Shown one piece after another: positions 11,201 to 19,344 of a stretch of 64,000 nt of DNA. The stretch is taken from NCBI GenBank assembly GCA_964518475.1, contig CAZFGR010000009.1:1-64000 (forward strand), given 5' to 3'. Origin of the DNA: an uncultured Nitrososphaerota archaeon. Its GTDB lineage: Archaea > Asgardarchaeota > Njordarchaeia > Njordarchaeales > Njordarchaeaceae. Position 1 is the first letter of the stretch, and each line of letters starts with the position of its first letter. Made by a program: the position numbers and the translations under genes. Below the pieces are notes generated by a model. The model had not been told where the DNA came from. It was given only the letters and a program-made list of their open reading frames with translations, and made no database searches.

Positions 11201-12529
11201 GTCATTAATGAGATGATAGCTACTATTGAAGCCAACTAACAACGTTTTTTCAAGAGTTCCGGAACTCTCTAAGATACCCAAGTAAGGATTTCCATAATAA
11301 CTAAAAACGCATTCGTCGAGCCCGTCTGAATCATAATCAGTCGTTACAAGTTGGTTTGCGACTTGGCTAAATTGCCATAGGGTTACTAGATCTGTTTCTA
11401 GGGCTATGATTATCTCGTTAGTAGCTACTATGAATTCCTTTTGCAAATCAGTATCGAGTTGGCATGTTACTATTTTCGTGATAGGTTTGGCTAAGGAAAT
11501 ACTGTTCACTATCGAGAAATTCGAATCGAGTAGGTATACATAGCCATTCAATGTTCCGACAATAATCTCGTTTTGACCATTGTTATCTATATCGCTTACA
11601 AAGACTTGGCTGATCTCTTCATTTAGAGAAAGCCTCCTTATTAAGTGACCGTCACTACTCGCTAATACGTATAAATCCCCAAGTTGTGTACCACAAAGAA
11701 TTTCTTCTCCTGCATCACTTGTAACATTGCCAGTACTAATCTGAGAGATTGGCTCATTAATGTAGTAGCTCCATAGATCTAATCCATTTTTAACCACTAA
11801 AACTGTTCCACTCATCGAAGCCAGAACTACTTCGCTAAACCCATCGTAGTCTATATCCGAGCTGTAAAGAAGAGTTATGTTCAGTGAATACTGTTTTTTC
11901 CAGAGAACCTTATCATAGTCAAGCATGACTATGGTGTTATTAGCTAAAAGGATAGCTACTTCTAAAGCACCATCGTTATCAAGATTAGCTTCTGAAAAAG
12001 AAAGAATCTTAGTATTAAAGGTTATGTTACGTAATACTTCACCATTCGAGGCATTAATATATAATAGGTTTCCATTCAAGTCACTAGCAACAATCTCTTC
12101 GACACCATCATTATTTATGTCAAAACATCTTATCTCTTTGATTTCCCCACTGAACGTTCTCCAGAGAACCTTATTATCAAACCGCATTGCTGAGACAATT
12201 TTATCGGTTCCTAAAATAATTATATTACCAGAAGTCGCTATACTGGAAATTCTCTTTGCCGGTCCGATAAGCCAATTAACGGATATCGAGCCATTGTAGA
12301 GATCTATAGTGTTGTTCCGACCCTGTACGCTACTCAAACTAGCACTTTTTGGAATTAATTGTTGCGTGGATACATTCTCGTTGGAATAATTGGTTAAGAG
12401 TTTTTCCCTCTCAACAATCTTAAGTCCTTGTTTGCTACTCCAAGTACTGTGATCATTAGAAAAGATAGCCACGCTACTTATTAAGATAAGAGCACAGAAA
12501 AGCATAGATATGAACCATTTTCTTGACAC
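8255..12529 (-). CDS. FG-GAP/VCBS beta-propeller plus seven Ig-like repeats, C-terminally anchored adhesin-like surface protein
   Basis: About 14 DxDxDG-type repeats (DINNDG, DIDYDG, DYDSDG, DLDNDG etc.); 7 repeats, most with D..P...I..P.N.T...W...A.D.AGN; C-terminal TM and basic tail; probable GTG start at 12529 after GGAGGAGGG. Confidence 0.8.
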   Translation of the reverse strand: MSRKWFISMLFCALILISSVAIFSNDHSTWSSKQGLKIVEREKLLTNYSNENVSTQQLIPKSASLSSVQGRNNTIDLYNGSISVNWLIGPAKRISSIATSGNIIILGTDKIVSAMRFDNKVLWRTFSGEIKEIRCFDINNDGVEEIVASDLNGNLLYINASNGEVLRNITFNTKILSFSEANLDNDGALEVAILLANNTIVMLDYDKVLWKKQYSLNITLLYSSDIDYDGFSEVVLASMSGTVLVVKNGLDLWSYYINEPISQISTGNVTSDAGEEILCGTQLGDLYVLASSDGHLIRRLSLNEEISQVFVSDIDNNGQNEIIVGTLNGYVYLLDSNFSIVNSISLAKPITKIVTCQLDTDLQKEFIVATNEIIIALETDLVTLWQFSQVANQLVTTDYDSDGLDECVFSYYGNPYLGILESSGTLEKTLLVGFNSSYHLINDLDNDGLIEYVLAAPSGDLLVSESDLTDITLIHLGNPITYLFGDDIDGDNIYEYLIGLANGTILSYRYPSQKIWQITLSSPSQVMTIADVLQDTGKEIIVGTSSSIAIINSTGFQKLLLIGVNVTALVTGDDDGDSVVEIFAGLNNGSLIVLSPDGSIEASLKVGNGEVTAVSLADINGDNNPEILGGTSLSDISIIYARSSVSTTSLNQGKIVRIYPHYQASGVIAVVSSNGVSLLNASTLEIINQRSFSNPITDGFVVNWKGGNDYQIAIIFERGSVALLIENLTITNTYGESLHSSYASIMDNDNDVVSEIFVSSSYGLRIIDPVPEIWVTYPENNSVFAQKLVTLRWDIFGLVPSYFEIYLNNLLKCTLNASTRNHDLLLSNGSWYITIRVVPVSGLAKETMILVTVDEEIPKVTITQPLNNTITNETSITIRWSGTDEYSGIHHYELSIDNGSWINVGSNTSYTAEKLSYGQHIICVKAIDHAGNVNISSIYIIIDYVPPEIMIISPTNNSYLATSEVNISWSYSEDHIDHFEIIVDNTTRYNVGSNTSLLLENLSEGEHVVRIIGYDKAMNRNEIKIVFIIDTVEPEIDIVTPANGTYLNASRVEIEWRLTEQNLKNITIAMNDTVIVTITDENVTSYTIELSDGIYEITLVAYDRAGNQDIAQVIVYIDTKAPSLDILTPINSSYYNASTIRIEWVCKDSLSGLKEVWLRIDGEAWILLDGNISLSGLSDGSHFLEIIAIDKAGNRVTKHVIFFIDTEIPRVEILSPRNNTYTNQSLIIIKWSCYDKSLSSILLRINGSSWINVTGSNEYVLGNLSEGRYIIELLAIDKAGNIGSTLVVITIDYTPPEIRIIGLRNNTVLSNDSVIIRWVISDRSPVVKVLIRLDNGSWQVIGRNYYIIDLTELLEGKHRLEIMAIDTAGNKGVTAVYFEIVSEEIIQKPSVTPYLIGLVVLIGVLAALNIKIYLSKKRPVKEAT

Positions 12530-12531
12530 AA

Positions 12532-14151
12532 TTATCCCTCCTCCACTTTCCAACGCTTTAGTATGTACGTTCTAACGATCGGTATGAGAAGAATTATTGA
12601 AAACAAGGAGAGCACTCCAATAGTTAGTGCAAAAGAAGAGGCTAATCTTGGGGAGAGATACACTCTTATTTTATAGATATCTGATAAGACCCTATCTTCT
12701 TGCGTCCAAGAAACCTTGAGATCCAATGTAGCATAGCCCGTTGGGGCATTCTCAGCTATGTCTATAGAGAATGTTACCGTGAACTCCTCATTAGCAGATA
12801 CCTTACCGATATAGGTTATTACCTCTCCTTTAATTATTGTTCCTCCCATAAGTTGGAGATACACTCCCTCAGCATCGACCCTAGCTACGTTTTTCATTGT
12901 TATTTTGAGATTAACTCCTCTTGCTCCAATTCTTAATATCTGTGGATCAATACTCACCACCTTGAATCTTGCCTTTTCTTTCACAAGAATAGGTATTGCG
13001 AAGAAATTGTAACCTCCTCTAAATGTAGCGTTAAGTCCAAGATTATACATTCCAGGACTCGCTTCCTCCCGTACGTTAATGTAAAAAGTAACCTGAGTAT
13101 AGCTACCAGGCATCATCGTGCCGATCGAGAATTTCGTTGAACCCACATAACTTTCTTCTATTTCTTCGGGCAGGATCAACTCGATATTGACATCTTCCAG
13201 GAATTTAGATGTTGGGTTCGCGAGAGTGATTATTACTCTGACAAACTTGTCTCCTGGAAAAACTGTTGTAGGCGTGTATGATGATGCTACCAGAACTATA
13301 TGAGGCTTCTCCGTAGATATTACTGGAACCGCCTCGGCCACGGAATAGATTTGATTAGTTCTTTGATCCATGAAAGTCGCATTTACTACAAAGAGAATTG
13401 ATGAGACTGGTAATTCCGTGATATATAACTGAAACGTTACTGTTTCATTTTCACCCGCTTTGAGAATTCCTATATCATACCAATCATCACTCACTACGCT
13501 TACATATGGAGGATACCCGATTAGTGCCACAGTAACGTGTCTAGCAGGCGCAGTACCTATGTTTCTAACAATTACTGTGTAGTTATATATTCCCTCGTCA
13601 GATATGTAAAGCGGTGCAGCATGGATCTTTATCAATGGGTAACCAGTTACGGCTACGGGAACTATCAGTGTATACTTGACCTCGCTACCTAATGAATAAT
13701 ACTTCACTTCCATGGGTAAATCATATTCTGATAGGCTAGCATTGTCGAAGAGAGATATTCGAAAAGCGAATGCTAGGGAATAGTTTGGTGGAACTGTATC
13801 ATTGTAGTATTTCGTTGTTTCGTTACACTCTCCAATTTTCTTAATCGCCTCGAAATCTATAGTGACGTTCTCTATAAGATATTCACCCTCGTTCTTCAAA
13901 ATAACTATGAAAGCTGTTGTTCCTGCAGGGATATTGATTCCTGAGATATTAACCTCTGTAACCGCGTATACCCAGAAAGCATCATCCAGTACTAAACTCT
14001 TTTTATACCATAGCAATGATCGAGCCGAATTAGTTTTTGAATAGGCATAGACCACTTTTGGCTTACTTACGGCTATGCCAAAAAATTGTGATGCAGTCAA
14101 GATGAAAAGTATCAGAGCAACGATCCTAGTCCTTTGATTCATGAAGAACAC
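12532..14151 (-). CDS. COG1361-type S-layer family protein (CARDB/NEW3-like Ig domains)
   Basis: Signal peptide, repeated N.G...A..V...IG.L..GE...V.F modules, C-terminal TM; beside an ABC exporter. Confidence 0.75.
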   Translation of the reverse strand: MFFMNQRTRIVALILFILTASQFFGIAVSKPKVVYAYSKTNSARSLLWYKKSLVLDDAFWVYAVTEVNISGINIPAGTTAFIVILKNEGEYLIENVTIDFEAIKKIGECNETTKYYNDTVPPNYSLAFAFRISLFDNASLSEYDLPMEVKYYSLGSEVKYTLIVPVAVTGYPLIKIHAAPLYISDEGIYNYTVIVRNIGTAPARHVTVALIGYPPYVSVVSDDWYDIGILKAGENETVTFQLYITELPVSSILFVVNATFMDQRTNQIYSVAEAVPVISTEKPHIVLVASSYTPTTVFPGDKFVRVIITLANPTSKFLEDVNIELILPEEIEESYVGSTKFSIGTMMPGSYTQVTFYINVREEASPGMYNLGLNATFRGGYNFFAIPILVKEKARFKVVSIDPQILRIGARGVNLKITMKNVARVDAEGVYLQLMGGTIIKGEVITYIGKVSANEEFTVTFSIDIAENAPTGYATLDLKVSWTQEDRVLSDIYKIRVYLSPRLASSFALTIGVLSLFSIILLIPIVRTYILKRWKVEEG

Positions 14152-14158
14152 CTTAGTC

Positions 14159-15280
14159 CTATTCTATCCTCTTTGAGAGAAGTAAGAAACTAATTGCCAG
14201 AGTTACTATTGCATAAAAAACAAGTTGTAAAACGGAGAAAAGGACTTCTTTGAGCCTTGTACCCCTTAAAATAAGCCCTACAGCTCCATCATAGAAATAA
14301 TATAAAGGCATTAAATAGACTATTACTCGAACCTCCGGCCTTATACCCTCTGCCGGAAGGAGAAAACCAGAGAATAAGAAAGACATTATGAGAAAGAACG
14401 TACTGAATTGCATCGCCTGTAATTGGTTACGGGACACTATAGAGAAGATCATTCCGATTCCGAGAGAAGCCAGAGCTAATGCAAAAGTTATTATCAAAAT
14501 ATCGAACAGATTCGCGTAATTAATGGCCCCAAACCCTTCTGTCACTATATATAATTCAATAATACCTATTAGAATTCCCACCAAAGCATAGGGTATAAGT
14601 TTTCCGAAAATCAGATCTAGTTTACCAATGGGAGTAGTAAGAAGTTTTTCAAGTGTCCCTTTTTCCCTCTCACGAACTATTGAAATAGCAGCTAGGGTGA
14701 GGGGGACTTGCTGAACCATAATTCCCATTACTGCTGGCCCTACGATATCGATTATCTTGAGGTTCCCTCTAACGTATAGAGGCACAACATCTATTGAAAC
14801 CACCCTTATTTCGCCATACCTCCGATAAAGCTCCCTAGTGATATCTTCCGAAGCTTTGGCAGCTATTTCGCTTACTTCCGCTTGCACAGCGGCTGGAATA
14901 TTCATCCATGCCGGATCAAGAACTAGAACTACGCTAGCCTTACCCTCTATCATCAAACGCTTCGAGAAATCCTCTGGAATCACGATACTAGCTTTAACGA
15001 TTCCTTTTTCAACATAATATTTCGCTGTTTCAAGATTGTCTAGAACGTATTCCACCTTAAAGGTTTCAGAAGCCATTATACGCTCTACTACTATTTGAGA
15101 AAAAGGACTAGAATCTTCGATAGCCAGAGCAACAGCTACGTCCCGAGGGTTCCCACTGTACGCAACCCCAAACAATAACATAATAGAGAGGGGGAGTGCT
15201 ATGACGAGAGCAATTGTTCTTTTATCCCGTATTAGTTGTTTAAACTCTTTAACCACTACCGCTATTAGCTTCTCAAACAT
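14159..15280 (-). CDS. ABC-2 type transporter permease
   Basis: KEFKQLIRD, SIVREREKGTLEKLLTTP, FSG...P motifs; about six TMs. Confidence 0.93.
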   Translation of the reverse strand: MFEKLIAVVVKEFKQLIRDKRTIALVIALPLSIMLLFGVAYSGNPRDVAVALAIEDSSPFSQIVVERIMASETFKVEYVLDNLETAKYYVEKGIVKASIVIPEDFSKRLMIEGKASVVLVLDPAWMNIPAAVQAEVSEIAAKASEDITRELYRRYGEIRVVSIDVVPLYVRGNLKIIDIVGPAVMGIMVQQVPLTLAAISIVREREKGTLEKLLTTPIGKLDLIFGKLIPYALVGILIGIIELYIVTEGFGAINYANLFDILIITFALALASLGIGMIFSIVSRNQLQAMQFSTFFLIMSFLFSGFLLPAEGIRPEVRVIVYLMPLYYFYDGAVGLILRGTRLKEVLFSVLQLVFYAIVTLAISFLLLSKRIE

Positions 15281-16223
15281 TTTTTGCCCTCGTTGCTAAT
15301 GCTATAAATGCGTCCTCTAGAGTAACTGGGACGGGCTCTATTAGTAATGGTTCGGCACCAGAAGACTTTAGAAAATCGGTTATCTCTGGCAAGCTCGTGC
15401 CGAAGTCCTTAACCACAACTATTATTTCTTCTCTAGCCTTATCGATTACCTTGTGGTCGATAATTTTCATTACAGTGGGCAACTCTTTAATGCTCCTATA
15501 TACTGTGTCATAACTCCTGAATACTATCCTAACAACATCTCCTCCATAGACCATCCTCTTGATATCTCTCGGTGTGCCTTCAGCAACGAGTTTTCCTCTG
15601 CTTATAAGCCCTATTCTATCAGCTTTTTCCGCCTCATCCATATAATGTGTCGTAACTAAGATAGTTTTTCCTTCCTTTTTTAAATCCACAAACAGTCTCC
15701 AAAACGCTCTTCTGAGTGGAGGATCGACTCCAGCTGTCGGCTCATCTAGTATTAGGATGGGCGGATCATGAATTAATGCAGCCGCCAAGCTTAGTCTTCT
15801 CTTCATACCACCGCTCAGATTTCCTGCTAAAAAGTCTTTATATGCGGATAATTCAACAATTTCGAGCAATTCCCTAATTCGTTTTACCCTTTCTTCACGA
15901 GAAAGACCATAAATTCTACCGTAAAAGTCTAGATTTTCATATACTGTGAGATCAGCATAGAGGGAAAAAAACTGTGGCACGTATCCTATCTTCTTTTTAG
16001 CTATCTCAGGATATTTCACAACACTAATACCATCAACAAATATTTCACCAGAAGTAGGTTTCAAGAGACCCATTATCATTCGCACTGTTGTTGTTTTACC
16101 AGCCCCATTAGGACCTAATAGAGCATAGATTTCACCCTTTCTGATTCTCAAGTTTAAATGGTTGACTGCTGTGAAATCTCCGAACTTCTTGACGAGATCT
16201 CTTGTCTCTATTGCGTAACCCAT
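15273..16223 (-). CDS. ABC transporter ATP-binding protein (ABC-2/DrrA-like)
   Basis: GPNGAGKTT, LSGGM, ILDEPT, TTHYMDEA, LEDAF. Confidence 0.96.
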   Translation of the reverse strand: MGYAIETRDLVKKFGDFTAVNHLNLRIRKGEIYALLGPNGAGKTTTVRMIMGLLKPTSGEIFVDGISVVKYPEIAKKKIGYVPQFFSLYADLTVYENLDFYGRIYGLSREERVKRIRELLEIVELSAYKDFLAGNLSGGMKRRLSLAAALIHDPPILILDEPTAGVDPPLRRAFWRLFVDLKKEGKTILVTTHYMDEAEKADRIGLISRGKLVAEGTPRDIKRMVYGGDVVRIVFRSYDTVYRSIKELPTVMKIIDHKVIDKAREEIIVVVKDFGTSLPEITDFLKSSGAEPLLIEPVPVTLEDAFIALATRAKNV

Positions 16224-16270
16224 TGTAAACCCCTGCCATAAACTTTTGTTATCTAATTACTGTTTAACAC

Positions 16271-16284
16271 TAATGTTAACATTA
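16271..16284. promoter_or_regulatory. Perfect 14-bp palindrome TAATGTTAACATTA, candidate operator between divergent ABC operon and regulator
   Basis: Seen directly in the 16224-16362 intergenic region. Confidence 0.45.
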
Positions 16285-16362
16285 TTGAAAACACTAGTAT
16301 TTAAAACTTCTGATTCACAAAAAGTATTAATATAGAGCTTAGGATACGAGGAGGCTTTCCCA

Positions 16363-17022
16363 ATGTCCCGAATAAAAAACCTTGAAAAAGCGATCATAGA
16401 GCTGCTGAAGAAATCAACTATTGGTCTCACGACATCAGATATAGCTGAGAAACTAGGAGTGTCGCGACTTACTATAATGAAGTATCTACAGGCTCTAAAA
16501 GGTAGAGGTCTAATTATTGATCGAAAAGTAGGCGCATACAAATTATGGATTCTAAAGAACACTCTTGAAAGAAAACGTCGTTTAATTTCAAGACGCTTAG
16601 CTTGTGTTCTTGCAAGTGTTTTTGCGAAAATCTTTACCCAAGATACAGAGACCGTAGCTTTTAATGTTGGAAGAAACTTAGCGAAGGAATTTATTAGAAG
16701 ATATCCCGAAGACTATTCCTTAATAGAAAAAGTCCCACGCAGCCCGTTTGAGAAGATAGCATTAGTGATAGAGTTTATTAGTGAAGATCTTAGAGCAGAA
16801 GGATTTGAGATAGAAGAAAATAGGGGAATTGTACGATTGAAAGGGCTACTTTGTGAAGACAACGTCGCCAGCAATAGTCTAATGAACCTTATAGCAGGAG
16901 CAATTGTTGGGTTTTTAGAAGTGGAGACGGGCAAGGATCCAAAAATCGCTAATACAAAGGTAACGAAAAGTAATGAAGAGTTTGAGGTCTTATTCGAAAT
17001 AATCCTGAACGAGACAACATAA
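16363..17022 (+). CDS. wHTH transcriptional regulator with V4R-like C-terminal domain
   Basis: GLTTSDIAEKLGVSRLTIMKYL HTH; VGRNLAKE and LIAGAIVGFLE typical of V4R-like folds. Confidence 0.7.
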   Translation: MSRIKNLEKAIIELLKKSTIGLTTSDIAEKLGVSRLTIMKYLQALKGRGLIIDRKVGAYKLWILKNTLERKRRLISRRLACVLASVFAKIFTQDTETVAFNVGRNLAKEFIRRYPEDYSLIEKVPRSPFEKIALVIEFISEDLRAEGFEIEENRGIVRLKGLLCEDNVASNSLMNLIAGAIVGFLEVETGKDPKIANTKVTKSNEEFEVLFEIILNETT

Positions 17023-17124
17023 CTTTTCAAAGCTTCATGCTTTAGATCATTAGAGAGCTAACTTCTATGGGCTCGTACTGCGTCATCAACAATTATATTT
17101 TTAGGTTTCAAGAATATAATTTTA

Positions 17125-17193
17125 GCCCCCCGCTTCCGGGCGCCTAGAGTGGCGTAACGCTACGATGACTAGGCGTCGGCTCGGGGGGCAACA
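17125..17193 (+). ncRNA. Single-hairpin archaeal H/ACA guide sRNA
   Basis: Lower stem GCCCCCCG/CGGGGGGC; internal pocket CTTCCG/GGCT; upper stem GGCGCCTA/TAGGCGTC; K-turn (GA...GATGA) capped by GTGGCG/CGCTAC; terminal ACA at 17191-17193. GC island in AT-rich intergenic DNA with a TATA-like element about 25-30 bp upstream. Confidence 0.8.
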
Positions 17194-17208
17194 CTCTACT
17201 CTTATTCG

Positions 17209-17952
17209 GTGGTACATTTGTCTTTAGAACCTACCGTGGAAGAGCTGCTTTTTCTAGCCTCACAAGGTGAGAAAAAAAGGATTACTGCTGCAAAAATGAT
17301 ACGTCATCTTCCTCCTGATGTCAATCTGGATAAGTTATTTTCTCTCATAGATGCTCTAAGTACTGATTCAGAGTCCCTAGAATTTAGTGAGCTAGCAATA
17401 TCTTTAGCTAGCTTAATAGAAAATATGAAGCCAGAGAAAGTTATGGAACTTATGGAAAGAATGCTTGAGAAACCCACTACAAAATTGCTGCTAGGCATGA
17501 TTTTGAGCGTTTCGAAAATACACGAAATAGATATCGATTTTCTAGCTGAGATTATTCGAAGATTAATTATTGATCCTAATCCAAACATAAGAAATTCCGC
17601 ATTAGGGGCGTTAAGAAATAATTTAGATCTCCTGGGCAAGTCTTTCCTAGTAGAGATAGTATCTGACGCTTTTGGAAGCGATAATCTAGACGTGAAAGAG
17701 TTCGCATTAACGATAATGTTAGTCTTCAAAGACAAAATTCCTCAAAACGTGTTATCGGAAGTATTAATGATCGCCATAGAATCTGAAGAGAGAATCCAGC
17801 TAAAAACTCTTGAAACTCTTGAGTTTAATCTCTCAAAGCGTATTTCACGAAATGACCTCAAAACACTGTTAATGAAAGCCACTAATGAGGGATCAGAGAG
17901 GGTGAAGAAAAAAGCAATCGAGTTAGCTAATAAATTCCGAATAGAGATTTAA
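17209..17952 (+). CDS. HEAT/ARM-repeat protein
   Basis: All-helical, with DPNPNIRNSALGAL, SDNLDVKEFAL and SERVKKKAIEL HEAT-like motifs. Confidence 0.65.
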   Translation: MVHLSLEPTVEELLFLASQGEKKRITAAKMIRHLPPDVNLDKLFSLIDALSTDSESLEFSELAISLASLIENMKPEKVMELMERMLEKPTTKLLLGMILSVSKIHEIDIDFLAEIIRRLIIDPNPNIRNSALGALRNNLDLLGKSFLVEIVSDAFGSDNLDVKEFALTIMLVFKDKIPQNVLSEVLMIAIESEERIQLKTLETLEFNLSKRISRNDLKTLLMKATNEGSERVKKKAIELANKFRIEI

Positions 17953-17955
17953 AAC

Positions 17956-19284
17956 TCATTTTTCCTCTTCTTCCTCCTCTGAGCTCTCTATGGTATAATG
18001 CTCAATAATTGTTGGTTGGCTTATTCGCTTACGTATCATTCCTTCTATAATAATTGGTTGTAATGTACGTGCCAAAGCCACTGCTCTATCAAGCCTCGCT
18101 TCATTATTCGAATAAATTGTCAAAATTGTCTCACCCCTCTTCACGTATCTCCCACCCTTTTTAGGCAAATATACCCCCGCACCCTTGTCTTGAGGAGCCC
18201 CCGCGGCTCTAACTATAGCCATAATCGCTCTATTATCTATCGATACTACATATCCATCCGCCGGTGCCTCTATATCCTCCTTATATTGACCAACTGGAAT
18301 ACTATCAGATTTTACGTTCGGATCTCCTCCCTGTGCCTCTATGATCTCCTTCATCTTCTTTAAAGCTTTCCCAGAGAATAGAACCTCCTTCGCAGCATTT
18401 TCACCGCGTCCCAGGGGTACTCTCCCCGTCATCTCAAGCAATATTCCAGCTAATCCAGTGGCTTTCTCGACTAATGATGTCGATACAATGTTCCCTTCCA
18501 AAGTTGTAAGTGCTTCCTTAGCTTCTAAGGCTGGGCCAACTGCGTGACCTACTGGTTGATCTCCATAGGTAATTGCTGCTTCTATTTGTACTCCAAGTTT
18601 TCTTCCTAAGGAAACAAACATATGGGCAAGTTCAAGAGCCTTATCCATAGTCTCAGCTTTTGTTCCCTTTCCCTGAGGAATATCAACTACTAAGTACCTT
18701 ACTCCCATAGCTACCTTCTTAGCCATAATAGATGCTAGCATTTGTGAGATAGGATCTATAGATAATACACTTTCTACCTTTTTTATGAATAGGTCATCTG
18801 CTGGAGCTATATCAAGAGCCCCGCCCCATACTAGACATCCGTTAGTTTTGTTAACTACCTCTATAACTTCCTCTAATCTCAAGTCGACGGGAGCTAGAAC
18901 TTCCATTGTATCAGCGGTCCCTATGGTAGTTATGCTTCGAGAACTCGTCTTTGGAATCTTCAGCCCAGTAGCTGCTATTATTGGAACAATTAGCAAACTC
19001 ACTTTATTGCCCGGAACTCCTCCTATACTATGCTTATCCACAGTATCTGGACCGAAATCCGCTACTTTTCCAGTCTCCACCATAGCCATTGTTAAATCAG
19101 CGATCTCATCAAGAGAAAAGGGCATAAGTTCTTGTCTAACAATAAAAGCAGCTAATGCCACATCTGGTAAATTGCCTCTAAGAGCATCAATGATGATTTT
19201 TTTAAACTCGTCCTTTGTAAGCTTTTTGCCTCTTAGGCATTTCCTTATGAGATCTATTGAGTCAACATACTTCGTAGCTGACAA
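17956..19284 (-). CDS. AMP phosphorylase (thymidine phosphorylase family), lacking the usual N-terminal domain
   Basis: DKHSIGGVPGNK, KTSSR, GTADTMEVL, APADD, QPVG..VGPALEA, GAPQDKGAG. Confidence 0.9.
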   Translation of the reverse strand: MSATKYVDSIDLIRKCLRGKKLTKDEFKKIIIDALRGNLPDVALAAFIVRQELMPFSLDEIADLTMAMVETGKVADFGPDTVDKHSIGGVPGNKVSLLIVPIIAATGLKIPKTSSRSITTIGTADTMEVLAPVDLRLEEVIEVVNKTNGCLVWGGALDIAPADDLFIKKVESVLSIDPISQMLASIMAKKVAMGVRYLVVDIPQGKGTKAETMDKALELAHMFVSLGRKLGVQIEAAITYGDQPVGHAVGPALEAKEALTTLEGNIVSTSLVEKATGLAGILLEMTGRVPLGRGENAAKEVLFSGKALKKMKEIIEAQGGDPNVKSDSIPVGQYKEDIEAPADGYVVSIDNRAIMAIVRAAGAPQDKGAGVYLPKKGGRYVKRGETILTIYSNNEARLDRAVALARTLQPIIIEGMIRKRISQPTIIEHYTIESSEEEEEEK

Positions 19285-19344
19285 ATCACTTACCTCGCGT
19301 AATATAAATGACTTATAAAGCAGTTTAAAGAAAGGATTAATTGT

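Noticed and set aside
17125-17193. Considered as tRNA, SRP RNA fragment or riboswitch
   Set aside because: No cloverleaf, T-loop or SRP motif; the pocket, K-turn and ACA fit H/ACA better.
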